A DNA stretch of 28,638 nucleotides from Opitutales bacterium (GTDB taxonomy: Bacteria; Verrucomicrobiota; Verrucomicrobiia; Opitutales; UBA953), in assembly GCA_040398005.1 (NCBI GenBank), contig JBBAUX010000011.1, forward strand, positions 1 through 28,638. Direction: 5' to 3'. Shown piece after piece: positions 28,465 to 28,638 of the stretch. Position 1 is the first letter of the stretch, and every line of letters begins with the position of its first letter. The notes beneath the pieces are model-generated. The model had not been told where the DNA came from. It was given only the letters and a program-made list of their open reading frames with translations, and made no database searches. Made by a program: the position numbers and the translations under genes.

Positions 28465-28638
28465 ATGAGTGAAGAAAACCCAAATACCGGTAGCACCAAC
28501 AGTTCTTCCTCCAGTGGAAGCGCTAGCGGGACTAATAATACAAGCCGGGGTTCTCAACGTCGTGGTTACGGTGGTGCCGGCTATGGCGGAAACTATGGCG
28601 GAAACTATGGCGGAAACTATGGCGGAAACTATGGCGGA
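28465..28638 (+). CDS. 3'-truncated ORF with a Ser/Gly/Asn/Tyr low-complexity N-terminus; by position possibly a Wzc-like polysaccharide co-polymerase
   Basis: ATG 3 nt after the OPX stop and open to the window end: MSEENPNTGSTNSSSSSGSASGTNNTSRGSQRRGYGGAGYGGNYGGNYGGNYGGNYGG. Not in the ORF track (58 codons, no stop). The product call rests on synteny only. Confidence 0.55.
   Translation, partial: MSEENPNTGSTNSSSSSGSASGTNNTSRGSQRRGYGGAGYGGNYGGNYGGNYGGNYGG
28581..28638 (+). repeat. Perfect 12-bp tandem repeat (CTATGGCGGAAA), at least 4.8 copies, encoding YGGN
   Basis: Directly visible; continues to the last base of the window. Confidence 0.97.

Noticed and set aside
74..28557. Many 60-170 aa ORFs antisense to or out of frame with the main genes (e.g. 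6139-6645, 11954-12415, 17445-17894, 25062-25475)
   Set aside because: They lie within well-supported genes, show no recognisable motifs, and are the expected shadow ORFs of biased codon usage.

Overview
Bacterial core-genome window, most likely from the PVC superphylum and probably Verrucomicrobia/Opitutae. This is inferred from the atypical EF-Tu effector loop, the RpoB DRRRRRRK motif and the G-poor leaders without Shine-Dalgarno sequences. Left part: 5'-truncated malate dehydrogenase, a secreted DUF362-like protein, a TetA-like MFS transporter, HemY-type (proto/copro)porphyrinogen oxidase, type III glutamine synthetase, rpsU, smc, a DegP/HtrA protease and a TonB-C-like membrane protein. 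The glutamine synthetase is preceded by a sigma54 -24/-12 motif and two identical near-palindromic boxes. Middle: tRNA-Thr(GGT)-tuf-tRNA-Trp(CCA)-secE-nusG-rplKAJL-rpoBC. Right end: start of a polysaccharide export locus, with an outer-membrane beta-barrel, a short OPX protein and a truncated ORF whose N-terminus is a YGGN tandem repeat running off the window. I found no mobile elements, CRISPR arrays or inteins, and no clear stand-alone novel system. The most unusual signals lie inside or between housekeeping genes: RNA polymerase beta' has lost all four cysteines of its second zinc site and carries a tandem duplicated ~55-aa module there, and a structured 155-nt spacer separates rplJ from rplL.
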